IMG/VR virus record: IMGVR_UViG_3300005326_000046
Location: 16,004 to 80,003 of that record
DNA length: 64,000 nucleotides
Reading direction: 5' to 3' (one strand)
DNA from: a virus
Lineage: Duplodnaviria; Caudoviricetes
The translations under genes were made by a program, and so were the position numbers. The notes beneath the pieces were generated by a model. The model saw only the letters and a list, made by a program, of their open reading frames with translations, did not search any database and had not been told where the DNA came from. How positions within the stretch are numbered: position 1 is the stretch's first letter; each line of letters opens with the position of its first letter. Positions 52,601 to 62,860 of this stretch are shown here, piece by piece.

Positions 52601-54191
52601 TGATTGATCCATCCGAGTCAAAGTACGCCTGTAATGTGCCAGCATTCAGCCCAAGCAACATGCCTGCCCCTGATGTCGGATCCCACCCAAACACGACACC
52701 AGTCGCGGTTCCATAGTCTGACATACTAGTGAACGTTGTCGATCTGTCAATCGACGCGATCCACTCGTTTACATAAAGGTTCTGGACTTCACCATTGAAA
52801 GCAGGCGTTGTTGGTTGGCTGTAGGCGCCACCCGTTCCAGCGGCTCCGCCCCCGACATAGTTGCTCAGCTTAGCCGTGTGCCCGCCAAAACTCACGCGGC
52901 ATGATACTGACTCAGGACCGGTAAGCGTCGTAACAACCTGCCTTACTGCATAGTAGCCCGTGAATCCCAGCGTTGAGAACTCCACTTGCAAACGCTGCCC
53001 GGCACGAATGCCCCAGCGCGCGACCTCCAGCGTACCAGTTGCAACGCCATAGGCGTATTCTGTCAGGAGTGCGTTGGCTATCTCAGTGGCCGCGTCCTCG
53101 GTTGTAATGGTAGAGTCAGGGACTTCGTAGTCGAACCACAATCCGTATTGTGCCTGGCTTGCGGCGTCTTCGGCTTGCGCCGTTACGTTTTCGTTGTAGA
53201 CATAAGTAATGGATATGTTATCCACGCCGATGCCTGGCGGAGAAACGTCAGGCCAGCGCACGGTCCCGGCAGAGTAGTTGACCAGCGCGTCATACCCACC
53301 GCCGAACGTGTCGTACCAGTCCACGCCGTAACTTTGCAGTACCCCGCCAACGGTGATACGCACCATGGTACGCACGGGCTTGTACGTCAGCGCGAACGTG
53401 GTCGTGGCCCCGTCTCCCGAAAACGTTTCCGTCACGGGATCGGACGCCTTGACGCCACCACGCACGGTGATTCTGTTGCGAATGTCTGTCGCGTCAACGC
53501 TGTTGTCCGGGTCCTTCAAGGGCGGGAATGAGGTAGACCAATTGGCACTGGCAATCCTGGCAATGGAGAATGGCGCGGTGTCAGATGACGCGGGGCCGAA
53601 CCACAGATTGGCGCTTGCATCAATGCGCCAGGTCCACGTCGCCGCCGCAAGATTAGTTACCACGGTAGCTAGTGCATCCAGCAACTTGCCGAGCTTTTGA
53701 CCGTCTGTGACAAACAGATCCAGCGTTTGACCCGAAGTGACATGCGTCGTAACGTCGAACGCCGTCTGGGCCGGTGGCGTGCCGGTTGGGTCTAGCGCCT
53801 GATTGAACAGATCGACAATGATGTCTGCAACGTCTTGGTTTACGTAAGTCTTGCGAACAATCGTTGTTCGCGCCAACTTGGTTGTGTAGCTCTCGCAGGT
53901 CACAGTCCAAATGCGATACGCGCCGTTGGCCCCGAGCCGCGGCTTGGGCGTAACAACATAGCCACCAAACGCCACATCAGATCCGTCGAGCGTCCAGATG
54001 ACCTCTTGCCATTCCGTGACTTCCAGCGCGTCAGTGACATCGGTCAACTCGAAAACCAGGGTGTCAATCTGGCTGCCTTCGTTGTCCGTGAAGATAAGAC
54101 TACCGGTGTTCACCTTCGACCAGACTTCGGTCCCGCCGATGGTCAGTGAGAAGGTGTGGTCTATGTCAATGGCTGGCACATTAGCCCCCAA
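49656..54191 (-). CDS. Large tail tip / baseplate hub fused to fibre or receptor-binding domains
   Basis: Follows the tape measure. Hub-like N-terminus, pectin-lyase-like segment (VDADGNGNYSTIGAAV), NVGIGT fibre motifs, 10-aa GVYG repeats. Confidence 0.85.
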   Translation of the reverse strand: MGANVPAIDIDHTFSLTIGGTEVWSKVNTGSLIFTDNEGSQIDTLVFELTDVTDALEVTEWQEVIWTLDGSDVAFGGYVVTPKPRLGANGAYRIWTVTCESYTTKLARTTIVRKTYVNQDVADIIVDLFNQALDPTGTPPAQTAFDVTTHVTSGQTLDLFVTDGQKLGKLLDALATVVTNLAAATWTWRIDASANLWFGPASSDTAPFSIARIASANWSTSFPPLKDPDNSVDATDIRNRITVRGGVKASDPVTETFSGDGATTTFALTYKPVRTMVRITVGGVLQSYGVDWYDTFGGGYDALVNYSAGTVRWPDVSPPGIGVDNISITYVYNENVTAQAEDAASQAQYGLWFDYEVPDSTITTEDAATEIANALLTEYAYGVATGTLEVARWGIRAGQRLQVEFSTLGFTGYYAVRQVVTTLTGPESVSCRVSFGGHTAKLSNYVGGGAAGTGGAYSQPTTPAFNGEVQNLYVNEWIASIDRSTTFTSMSDYGTATGVVFGWDPTSGAGMLLGLNAGTLQAYFDSDGSIKAGGGDVALDADGIKITSGTGDPNALKWVNAGGDTKFSIKAVQPSPPDILFNVTVYASAGNLDLVALSGLSINTLGGDILIDSSGALQFVVGSGTVDFNSLRLVEVGDATADTDALNRQTGDARYQHWTTNIMVVDADGNGNYSTIGAAVTAINTAGDAAADNPYVIEVWTGIYVENVTLPDYVSLRGHGWKATTLSGVLTCGGGSHVDDLTIYAPDPATTSVIANSAVDTSYFTNCYIVINTSVDAAVHAIRFTGSTDARFYNCFIYARNPNAGGSAKTYIVKHEGTGGDVEIQECHLKSSCPHVGGNTLAWNASATAGADIIVLASSWSVFNDAAPVGADNDNASGQIKLAISFENDSDDEAMYTTSGSGIINEVALLDTGTRPLIADWDAGSYEIRAQTFESDVATGTAPLTIASTTIVNNLNAQYLNSVASTGFLLTTGAQTGASAQAQTFTNGIIGPSWKPVANSTTALQMQNAAGTSILNVDTTNARVGIGTISPTTGYKLDVVGNIITNQTVNQSTYPSISATQIASTLQDGSAYTGTDSTMATQYVAVKFTADGNHTMGDYLVRIKESADITNTTAYVVGYLYADDGGSPSKPTGAALATGNSVRLGTITTSYQELSVGTQYTLTSGASYWLVLKYSAAPTGGNIVLDSDVSTNLGATSTDGSTWTNTDARLRYKIRGRTYYGVFGTSTNSVGVFGNSTNSIGVYGISTNSYGVYGNSTNNIGVYGISTNSYGVYGNSTNNIGVFGTSTNSVGVYGISTNNIGVFGTSTNYRAGYFYRNNTAGTATTAVMDIVQDSATSETNTVLRVQGDGTGDLVNIFDGATEVFTILDGGNVGIGTTGPATRFHTLLTDAGTDAIVNVATLGHDTSGTAAAGFGLGLAFNLESSTTAAQSAALISTLWYEATHATRKADLVLSAYDTAAREGIRIRGAGTESALGFYGVAPIVRAVLATGAGAVVDDVITALQNLGLVKQS
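50268..50533 (-). repeat. Nine tandem 30-bp units encoding GV(F/Y)G(T/N/I)STN(S/N)x
   Basis: GTTCGTGCTG recurs at 50268 and every 30 nt to 50508; 50351-50410 and 50411-50470 are near-identical 60-mers. Confidence 0.95.
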
Positions 54192-57100
54192 GCTGGATCT
54201 GGTAGATGATGGCGCGCTTCAGGTCGTTGAATTGCTGAGCATCCAGCGGCACGCCGCCGCCCGCTTCGCCCTCAAAGCGCACGATGACCTCGCGTCGCGA
54301 ATCAACCTCGAACCTTCCGCTGGAGAATTGGCCGCCCGCAACCGCGGCCAAATCGGCCAATTGCGCCGTGGCCCGCGCGACGTCCGGGATGCCCGCCTCG
54401 ATTCCCTGCGCCATGCCGAGCGGGATGTTCAGCGCCAAGTCTGCCATGAGCCGACTAGGCGACGCGATACCAAGTTCATCACGTACGGCCGCTTCGATGT
54501 AGGCGGTCAGAGAATGAATGGCAGTATTGAGCGCCCCGAGATAGGCCAACCCCAACCCGCCATTGGGATCAACGCCCCAGGATATCCCGCGCACGAGATC
54601 CTGTCCAATCGCTACGCCGAAACCGTAGGTCGTTTGCCGCGTCTGCGAACTGTAGCCGAATGCGGTTGTCAGCAGGGCAAGCAACGTATCTGTGGTCATG
54701 TATACATAATGTGGCATCATGCTGGCAGTGACGGCGGCCCAGTACAGGCCATCCGTGATGCCCGTGCCAATGCCAGCGCCCCAGGTTGCCGTCGTGTCAT
54801 GATCTGGCAATCCATCCTCAATGCCGATGATTGCCCCGATAATGGCCCCCCCCGCGCCCTCGACATCGGTACCTGCGCCAAACAATCCCGCCGTGAACGT
54901 CGCGAAGAGTTGCAGAGTGTAGTCGATCAGGTCTTGCAACTGTGCCATGGATGGTAGACCGTGTTCGTCTAGCGCCACGAACAGATCAAGCGCGCGTTGT
55001 AGCACGTCCAGCACGGACATAACTGCGGCGCTGAAGTCCGTCGCGATGGGAATCCAGGTGGCATCACGTTCCGCGACCACGTACTCATCAAACGCCGTTA
55101 GCGTTCCGCTCATGCGTTCGATCACATCTGCCATGCGCCGCTTGAATACTTCCAGGTCACTAGATGTTCCGTCAGTCAGTTGACCGAACACTGATAGCGC
55201 TTGTCCGATCGCTCCCACAACAACACCCACGGCGGTTGCGAACGCGGACGTCGCTTCAAGTCCGTCCTGTACGCCGGGTCCAAGCGCGTATTCCTCCACT
55301 AGACCATAGGTGTAGGTCACTGACCCCAAGAACGATTCGATTCTACTGTTCAGCAGGCCGATGTAGCCCTGTAGGCCCTTGAACAGATCAAGCCCAGCCG
55401 TCAGGCCGCCGAACACGGCAGACATGGCGTTGCCAAATGCCGTAACGGGACCAAAGGCGGTTTGTGCCTCTTCGACAGTCATTGGGTAGGTGGCAACCAC
55501 CCACTGATTCAGGCGGTAGAACACGCCTTCGGTGAACGTCTCGAACCGTGCCCACGTGTCACCATCTGGTTCGGTGAACGAAAAGTCAGCAGCCATTGAG
55601 AGTGCCGCTTGTAGGCCGCCGAACACAGAACTGAGAGCATTGCCCCAGGCGCTCACGGGACCAAATGTCTCTGCGTCCTCCGCGCTAGATGGGTAATAGC
55701 TAAAGATTAGAGCATAGAGCGTGCTAAACACCTCAAACGTCCAGGTGATAAATGAATACCAGACCCCTTCATCGACATCCCACGTATCCGGTAGCACACC
55801 TGCCAGCGCGACTGCTGCCTGCAAACCACCGAATATGGAACCAAGTGCCCCACCCCACGCACTCACCAGCGCCAGCCCTTCCGTCGTGTATACGGGCGTT
55901 GTGCTGTACTGCGTCATGTGCCCGGTTTGCAGCCAGGCATAGGCCATGTCAAAGACGTCTGTCACCCAGCCGAAGAAGTCTACCCACACGGTATCATCCA
56001 CCGACCAACTTGCGGGAAGATTTCCGGCCAGCGTCAACGCGCTGTTTAGGCCGTTGAAGATCGACCCAACGGCAGACCCCCAAGCCGTGACAAGCGCCAA
56101 CCCCTCATCGGTGTAGACGCCCGTCTGGCTAAATGGCGTGGTGTGAACTACGCCAAGCCACTGGTATACCAGGTCAAAGACCTCCATGACCCACACGTAG
56201 AAGTTATTCCAGACGCTCCAATTTGGTGTCTGCCAATCTTCGGCCAGGGTGAAGTTGGCCGCGGCTTGCAGTCCCGCCACCAGCGAGGACAACGCGCTGC
56301 CGAACGAACTTACCAGCTCGATACCTTCGCCGCCCAGCATGGTATCCGACAGTGGCGTGCCGTCATCCACCGGCATGCCCGCGTTCAGCCAGTCGTAGAA
56401 TGTCGCAAACGTCTCCTCAACCCAATCTACGAACGGATCCCACACCGCGGAACTTGGAGCGGCCCATTCTGCTGGCATGGTTGCAATCAAGCTCACGCCT
56501 GCGGAAAGCCCGCCCATCAGCGCGCTTACGGCAGTACCAAACGCCGACACCAGGTCGCTTGTGCCCGTGTCCCACATCTGGATGCCTTCCGCAAGCCTGT
56601 CCATGATGCGCTTGAGCACCTGAACCAGCGTGTCTATCTTGTCCTCGGACACATTCAGGCCAGTGGCTGTATCAATGTCTGCCAACAACGCGATGCCGGT
56701 TTGCAACCCACCCGCGATACTGCCGAGCGCCGTCGCGAACTTGACCATGTCCTCATCGTAGAAGAGCATGGTATCGCGCCGTAGACGGCTCATCTTGTCC
56801 ATGATGGCCGTCCAGGTCACGCGAAACGAATCAAACTTGTCAACCAGGTCGTCGGCCTGTTCCCATGCGGCAAGATCTGTCAGGAAGCTAAGCCCCAAAG
56901 TAAAGGCCCCGGCAACCGCGGATAGCACGTTGGCGAACTCGGTCACTTCGGCGGGCAGCTCCTTGAATTGCTTCCACTGCATGACTTCTTCCAGGCGTAC
57001 CAGCATCAGGCCCAGCGTCGAGCCCAGTGACGCGATGAAGTCCTGTAGTGCGCTGGTGCGACCCATGCCGTGCAACGAACCACCGCGCACGAATTCGTCT

Positions 57101-60100
57101 AGTTGGTCCCAGAAGGCCAGCACGTTTGAGAATGGTTCCAGGATCGCACCCAACAGATCCGCGAACTCAGTCACGGTAACGGGGAGTTCCTTGAACTGTT
57201 TCCATTGCATCAGCTCTTCAATGCGAACCAGCATGAGTCCGAGCGTCGATCCCAACGCGGCGATAAAGTCGTCTATCAGTCCCGCACGCCCAATGCCATG
57301 CAACGAGCCGCCCTGAATGAAGGAATCGAGTTGGTCCCAGAAGGCCAAGGCTTCTTGGAATGGACCAACCACGCCGCCCAGCAAGTCGGCAAACTCTTGC
57401 ACGTTTACCGGCAGTTCATCGAACTGTGTCCACATGGTCAGGCGCCAGATGCTTGTCAGCATGAGCCCCATGGTTGACCCGAGCGATGCGATCATCTTGT
57501 TCAGCGCATCTGTTTTACCGACGCCGTGTAGAGACCCGCCCTGAATGAAGGAGTCAAGCGCGTCCCAGAAGTCAAGCATGTCAGAGAATGGACCAAGCAC
57601 AGCGCTGAGCGTGTCGGCGAACTCCAGCGTGATCGCGGGCAACTCTTCGAACTGCGGCCACTGCATCACGATCAGCAAGCTGTCAAGCATGAGGCCCAGC
57701 GTGGACCCAAGCGCAGCGACGAATTCGGCAAGGATTGGTGTCCTGCCGACGCCATGTAGGGATCCCGCGCGAATGAATTCGTCTAGCGCGGACCAGAAGT
57801 CCACCATGTCACTGAACGGTTCCACAACAGAACCGACAATCTCCACGAAGTCCACGAAGTCAGGCGGGAGCTGCTGGATTTCATCGGTGTAGATGACGCG
57901 GTGTAGTTCCTCCGCCATGACGAACAGCAGATCAGCCAGACCCGCGATGATGGTGCGAAGATCCTCGCGATACTTTTCATCGAACACCAGCGCGGGCCGA
58001 TAGCTGACGATTGACTGCAAGTCGCCCGCGAACTGCATTGCGGCAGCCATCGGGTTCAGCGCCGACACCAGCGCCGAGTTGAAGATTTCGAACGCGGGAC
58101 CGATCTTGGCAATGTCTCCCGTCTTGATGCGCGTAAGTTGCGATGCGACCAACTGCAGGAAGTCCGCCATGCTTGGAATCAGCGCGCCCACAGCCTCCAG
58201 GTTGATTTCCGCCTTCGATAGATCGACGGACAACTCCGTCATGCCGGACACGGCCTCGATCATGCTCTTAATCGTCGACATGGCCTTGCTTATGTTGTCA
58301 GCGGCATCCCCAGTCAACCCGCTGGAGCCGGTAAATGCCTTAAACTGCGACGCCAACTGGCGCATGATGTCCATGACGGGCGCAAACAGTTCCGCGAAGT
58401 TGTCGGCAATGGGCGTTTCGGCTAGACGCACGGCAAGATCAATGGCCGCGACCGCCGCGTCTATGATGGCCTTAGCCGCGTCAGCGGATGCCTTCGCGGC
58501 TTCGGGTTCCATGTTTTCAATGCCGATGATCATACCAGCGATCGTATCTTCGCCTAGCCACATGAAGCGCACGGATGGTGAATGTGAGAGGAGCCAATCT
58601 CTCGCCGCGTTGTAAGCATCAACAACGGCCTGTACTACGGCATTTATAAGGGATTGTACTGATCCTACTACGCCGTCGACCATACCCTTAATGAGGTCTC
58701 TGCCAAAGTCAACGATCATTTCCCAATTGTCAGTTATCCATGTCCCAATCGACTCGATTGTGCCCGTGATGTTATTTTTTACCTCAAGCACATCGGCGGC
58801 CACGTTTGTGATTATTTCATCCCATACTTCGCTTAGGTTTGTTATTATGTTATCCCATGCGGTACTCGCGTCTTCCTTGACATTCTCCCATGTGTCTCCG
58901 ATCACAGTTTTTACGTCTTCCCACTTGACCTTCTCGCCTCCAGTCAGGTCAGCCCAAATGCCTGAGATGGTATCGAAAATCGCCCCCCAAATCTCATCTA
59001 CAATGCCCAGAATCGCGCCAAAGATTTCCCCCATATCCTTGCGCATCTTTTCAGCAGACTTCGTTCCTGATTCAACTGCCCCCTTCCAGTCCCCATTGAA
59101 CACCTTGACGACGATGTCAACCGCCCCAGTAATGGTATCAGTGATTAGGTTGAAGAACCCAGATATGCCATCCGCCAAGTGACCGACCAGACCAAGAGCA
59201 TGATCAATGACTGAGCCCAGCACCTCACCGAGGGCCAACGCGATAGCGGCTGCCAGCCCTGCCAAGAGAACAAGCAGAGGCTGAAGCGATTTTCCCAACT
59301 CCACGAGCTTTGGTTTCAGCTTGTTCCAATCGTCGCCAAGTCCGCTAACGGCGTCGCCCACATGCTCGAACATTCCCGCAAACATGTCTAGCACTGGCTG
59401 CAAAGTGCGCATTCCGTTCTGAACATCAAGCACAAATGACCCAAAGCCCGTTAGCTGCGTGGATGTCCCAGTATCCTGGTACATCAGTGAGTCCCACAGC
59501 GGCTTGATGGCCGTCTTGATGCTTGCTGCCCATATCGGAGCATTGTTTTGAACGTAGAGGGCAACGTTTCCAACCCAAGCGCCTATCTTTTCGCCTGCCC
59601 CCGTGACCATTCCATCGCCGTTTGTGTCCCACCAGTCGACGAGTCCGCGCCACCACTTACCAATCTCTGTACTCAAAGTGGTTATCCACGTGGACACGTT
59701 TGTTCCTATGCCGGTCGCAATATTGCCAATCCATGTACCGATCTTGCCAATGCCATCAGTGACAAGTGCCCCGCCGCCACCTTCCCACCAATCAACCAAC
59801 CCGCGCCACCATTTGCCAATCTCGGTTCCCAGATTCGTTATCCATATTGACAGGTTGGTTCCTATACCGGTGACAACGCCACTGATCCACGTGCCGACTT
59901 TACCAATACCATCCGTGATGAGTTGTGCACCTCCAGTGTCCCACCACGTAACCAATCCGCGCCACCACTTGCTGATTTCGGTTCCGAGGTTGATTATCCA
60001 CGTGGCAACATTCTGCCCGATTCCGGTGATGACACCGCCAACCCAAGACGCGACCTTGCCAATGCCATCGGTAGTGAGTTGTGCGCCACCGCCATTCCAC

Positions 60101-62679
60101 CAGTCAACGAGATACCTCCACCACTTACCGATCTCGGTCCCGAGCTTGGTTATCCATCCACCCACAGCCTGCCCAATGCCCCTGATAACGTCAGTAGCCC
60201 ACTTGCCAATCTCCTTGAGCGTGTCAGTAACCAGGGTCTTCCCGCCCGTGTTCCACCAGTCCACGAACACGCGATATAGCCTACCGACCTTTTCAAATAG
60301 CCACTTGCGCGCCAGAACGAAGCCGGCAATCTCAATCGTGAACCAGCCCGCGACAAACCGGCCGATGGCCGCGAACACATCTTTCGTGAGTTGCGCGCCG
60401 CCCGTGTCCCACCAGGTAGCAAACGTATACCACAGTTTTCTGACCCAGGTACTCAGGTTGGTTATCCATATCTCTACCTGTCCAGGCAGCGCATCGATTA
60501 CCGAATTGATCCACTTATCTATCTTGGTCAGAGCATCGGTTACAAGTTTTGCACCGCCCGTATCCCACCAGTCAACCCACCCGCGCCACCATTTACCAAC
60601 AGCAATGCCAAGGTCGGTTGCCCAAGTCGAAACGGACTTTCCAATACCAACGACAACGTCACTAACCCACTTACCTATGCTGGTCAGCGCGTCTATGGTC
60701 AACTGTTTACCGCCCGTATCCCACCAATCAACGAGTCCGCGCCAGAGTTCCCCCGCCTTAGTCCCGATGTTCTTGATCCAAACGGGAACATTGTCAACCA
60801 GGTACTTCCAGGCCGCGTCCCACCACTCCTTGATCTTTTCCCAGACCGCGGGCAATCCGCCAAAGTCAAAGGCTTCCTTTAGCTTCTTGATTTTGTCAAT
60901 GATGAAGCCGATGACCTCTTGCGTCTTGTCCTTGATGCCGCCGAGGTTGCTGTTCCATGCCGCGCCCAGCGCGGCCGCGGCCGCAATGATGGCAGTAATC
61001 GGGTTCAACAAGGCCGTGAGCTTCATGATCGTTCCAGCAACCGCAAAGCCCAACAACACAATCCCGATGCCCTTCAGCGCGCCGATGAACGCGTCGGCGT
61101 GTTCCGAAACGAACTGGAATGCCGCCGTGAGTGGGGGCAGGATGCGTTCTTGGAGGTTCTGGAAGATTGCTGCAACCTCTTCGGTCGACGGGATCATGTC
61201 CGTGATGATGCCCATTAGGTCCGTCGCCTTCTTTATCAGCGGCGTCATGAACATCTGAATCAACGGCGTACCGACACGAATCATGAACGCTTCGATGTTG
61301 CCCTTGAGTTGCTCCATTGCGGCGTTGAAGCCTTGCGTGCGCGCGGCCGCGGTCTCAGACGCTGTCGCGCCGTTGGCTATCGCATCAGCCATGGCATTCC
61401 AACCATCAGCGCCTTCGTCCAGTAGGGTGTTCATGGCCTTCATGCCGTATGTGCCGGACAGAAGCTGTACCGAAGCATTGCGTTGTTCCTCCGTCATGAT
61501 GGTTGTGCTTTCAACGGAGGTGTTTGTTGCATCACTATACGCGGCTATGGCTGCCTTGGCATCATCGTAGGCGGTCTGGGCCTTGTACAGTTCGTAGGTG
61601 TTGCCGCCGAGCGTGCGCCCAAATCCTTCCATTGTGCCATTGGCGGCCGCGTATTCAGCCTCAAGGGCGCGCATTTGGTCAGCATTCATTCCCGTGTGGG
61701 CTTCAGCGACGACAAGTGCGCGCTCAAGTGACGTCATTTGTTCAGCCGCCTTTTCAGCGGCAGCGGCCATGTCCTTAGTGGCGGCACTATGCGTCACGGT
61801 TCTGGTAGAACCCAGTTCGAGAGCACTAGACAACTGTCCCATGATGTCGGGCAGCGATCGCATTGTGCCCTCTGCCGTGTAGAGAGACACACCAAGATTG
61901 TTGAGTTCATCTACGACATCGTCTGTCGGACGCATGAGGTTGGTCATCATGGACTTGAGAGCTGTACCAGCCTCAGCGCCAGCAATACCACGAGATGACA
62001 GAAGGGCCAATGCCGTGTTCGTCTCTTCCAAAGACCAACCAAACGTCGCGGCGGTGGGACCGATATTCTGCATTGCCAGTGTCAGATCACTCACGGACGC
62101 CAGGGATGCATCCGCAGATGCCACGAATGAATCAGAAATGCGCGTCGCATCATCTGCGCTGAGGCCAAACGTCGCCATGGCAACAGCGACCGTTTCTGAT
62201 GCCGTCGCAAGATCCAACTCTGACCCGGCTGCCAAGTCGATTGCTGCGCGCATGGCCCCTGTAAGTGATGTTCCTTTGGTCAGGTAGGAATTCAAATCAC
62301 CGAACATGTCATTGGTGGTCATGCCGGCCTTGTAGAAGTTGGTCATGGCGTCCGCGGCTTCAGATGCGGAGATGCCCACAAGTTCGGTATCGGCGCCAAT
62401 CTGCAGCGCCGCTTCTGATAGATCCTCCATAGACGTGCCCGAGTTGCGCGCGGCGACGCCCATGATGTTGACTTGCGTCTCGAAGTCCGCTGCAACCGTG
62501 GACGCCTTGAGGCCAAACGCGCCGAGCGCGGCAATACCCGCCGCGCCGGCCCCCATTAGCGCTGTACTCATGTTCTTGGAGAATGATGCTATCTGGTTGT
62601 CAACACCAGTGACGGTGTTGTTGAAGTTCGTCGCGTCGCCGATGAACTCGAAGACAGCGGAACCTAGGTTAATGGGCAT
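54181..62679 (-). CDS. Tail tape measure protein (TP901-family core), 2832 aa
   Basis: N-terminal TP901-type core (GIAGAEAGTALKSMM), Trp-periodic helical repeats, 76-aa repeats; directly downstream of the chaperone genes. Confidence 0.95.
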   Translation of the reverse strand: MPINLGSAVFEFIGDATNFNNTVTGVDNQIASFSKNMSTALMGAGAAGIAALGAFGLKASTVAADFETQVNIMGVAARNSGTSMEDLSEAALQIGADTELVGISASEAADAMTNFYKAGMTTNDMFGDLNSYLTKGTSLTGAMRAAIDLAAGSELDLATASETVAVAMATFGLSADDATRISDSFVASADASLASVSDLTLAMQNIGPTAATFGWSLEETNTALALLSSRGIAGAEAGTALKSMMTNLMRPTDDVVDELNNLGVSLYTAEGTMRSLPDIMGQLSSALELGSTRTVTHSAATKDMAAAAEKAAEQMTSLERALVVAEAHTGMNADQMRALEAEYAAANGTMEGFGRTLGGNTYELYKAQTAYDDAKAAIAAYSDATNTSVESTTIMTEEQRNASVQLLSGTYGMKAMNTLLDEGADGWNAMADAIANGATASETAAARTQGFNAAMEQLKGNIEAFMIRVGTPLIQMFMTPLIKKATDLMGIITDMIPSTEEVAAIFQNLQERILPPLTAAFQFVSEHADAFIGALKGIGIVLLGFAVAGTIMKLTALLNPITAIIAAAAALGAAWNSNLGGIKDKTQEVIGFIIDKIKKLKEAFDFGGLPAVWEKIKEWWDAAWKYLVDNVPVWIKNIGTKAGELWRGLVDWWDTGGKQLTIDALTSIGKWVSDVVVGIGKSVSTWATDLGIAVGKWWRGWVDWWDTGGAKLVTDALTKIDKWINSVIDALPGQVEIWITNLSTWVRKLWYTFATWWDTGGAQLTKDVFAAIGRFVAGWFTIEIAGFVLARKWLFEKVGRLYRVFVDWWNTGGKTLVTDTLKEIGKWATDVIRGIGQAVGGWITKLGTEIGKWWRYLVDWWNGGGAQLTTDGIGKVASWVGGVITGIGQNVATWIINLGTEISKWWRGLVTWWDTGGAQLITDGIGKVGTWISGVVTGIGTNLSIWITNLGTEIGKWWRGLVDWWEGGGGALVTDGIGKIGTWIGNIATGIGTNVSTWITTLSTEIGKWWRGLVDWWDTNGDGMVTGAGEKIGAWVGNVALYVQNNAPIWAASIKTAIKPLWDSLMYQDTGTSTQLTGFGSFVLDVQNGMRTLQPVLDMFAGMFEHVGDAVSGLGDDWNKLKPKLVELGKSLQPLLVLLAGLAAAIALALGEVLGSVIDHALGLVGHLADGISGFFNLITDTITGAVDIVVKVFNGDWKGAVESGTKSAEKMRKDMGEIFGAILGIVDEIWGAIFDTISGIWADLTGGEKVKWEDVKTVIGDTWENVKEDASTAWDNIITNLSEVWDEIITNVAADVLEVKNNITGTIESIGTWITDNWEMIVDFGRDLIKGMVDGVVGSVQSLINAVVQAVVDAYNAARDWLLSHSPSVRFMWLGEDTIAGMIIGIENMEPEAAKASADAAKAIIDAAVAAIDLAVRLAETPIADNFAELFAPVMDIMRQLASQFKAFTGSSGLTGDAADNISKAMSTIKSMIEAVSGMTELSVDLSKAEINLEAVGALIPSMADFLQLVASQLTRIKTGDIAKIGPAFEIFNSALVSALNPMAAAMQFAGDLQSIVSYRPALVFDEKYREDLRTIIAGLADLLFVMAEELHRVIYTDEIQQLPPDFVDFVEIVGSVVEPFSDMVDFWSALDEFIRAGSLHGVGRTPILAEFVAALGSTLGLMLDSLLIVMQWPQFEELPAITLEFADTLSAVLGPFSDMLDFWDALDSFIQGGSLHGVGKTDALNKMIASLGSTMGLMLTSIWRLTMWTQFDELPVNVQEFADLLGGVVGPFQEALAFWDQLDSFIQGGSLHGIGRAGLIDDFIAALGSTLGLMLVRIEELMQWKQFKELPVTVTEFADLLGAILEPFSNVLAFWDQLDEFVRGGSLHGMGRTSALQDFIASLGSTLGLMLVRLEEVMQWKQFKELPAEVTEFANVLSAVAGAFTLGLSFLTDLAAWEQADDLVDKFDSFRVTWTAIMDKMSRLRRDTMLFYDEDMVKFATALGSIAGGLQTGIALLADIDTATGLNVSEDKIDTLVQVLKRIMDRLAEGIQMWDTGTSDLVSAFGTAVSALMGGLSAGVSLIATMPAEWAAPSSAVWDPFVDWVEETFATFYDWLNAGMPVDDGTPLSDTMLGGEGIELVSSFGSALSSLVAGLQAAANFTLAEDWQTPNWSVWNNFYVWVMEVFDLVYQWLGVVHTTPFSQTGVYTDEGLALVTAWGSAVGSIFNGLNSALTLAGNLPASWSVDDTVWVDFFGWVTDVFDMAYAWLQTGHMTQYSTTPVYTTEGLALVSAWGGALGSIFGGLQAAVALAGVLPDTWDVDEGVWYSFITWTFEVFSTLYALIFSYYPSSAEDAETFGPVSAWGNALSSVFGGLQAALSMAADFSFTEPDGDTWARFETFTEGVFYRLNQWVVATYPMTVEEAQTAFGPVTAFGNAMSAVFGGLTAGLDLFKGLQGYIGLLNSRIESFLGSVTYTYGLVEEYALGPGVQDGLEATSAFATAVGVVVGAIGQALSVFGQLTDGTSSDLEVFKRRMADVIERMSGTLTAFDEYVVAERDATWIPIATDFSAAVMSVLDVLQRALDLFVALDEHGLPSMAQLQDLIDYTLQLFATFTAGLFGAGTDVEGAGGAIIGAIIGIEDGLPDHDTTATWGAGIGTGITDGLYWAAVTASMMPHYVYMTTDTLLALLTTAFGYSSQTRQTTYGFGVAIGQDLVRGISWGVDPNGGLGLAYLGALNTAIHSLTAYIEAAVRDELGIASPSRLMADLALNIPLGMAQGIEAGIPDVARATAQLADLAAVAGGQFSSGRFEVDSRREVIVRFEGEAGGGVPLDAQQFNDLKRAIIYQIQLGG

Positions 62680-62860
62680 TGGTCACCGCGCGTTTCCAGC
62701 CCGTGATGAGTTTGCAGCGACGCCGCCAACACTTGATAACGACGTCGCTTTCGTTCACCGGGGCCATGACCATTCTCTCCCTAGCCATGAACTGGAGCGC
62801 GTTGCAACTGGGACACCGCACCTGGTGTGCGTCCCCGTCATTTCTTGGTTGCTTCTGCAC
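62669..62860 (-). CDS. Com-like zinc-ribbon protein
   Basis: VRCPSCNAL...VIKCWRRRCK; overlaps both neighbours. Confidence 0.55.
   Translation of the reverse strand: MQKQPRNDGDAHQVRCPSCNALQFMARERMVMAPVNESDVVIKCWRRRCKLITGWKRAVTNAH

Noticed and set aside
49656-54191. Diversity-generating retroelement acting on the tail fibre
   Set aside because: No reverse transcriptase and no template/variable repeat pair differing at adenines was seen.
59603-61258. 551-aa plus-strand ORF and other long antisense ORFs over the tape measure, sbcC, portal and tail genes
   Set aside because: Shadow frames of GC-rich repetitive coding sequence, with no SD or domain motifs.
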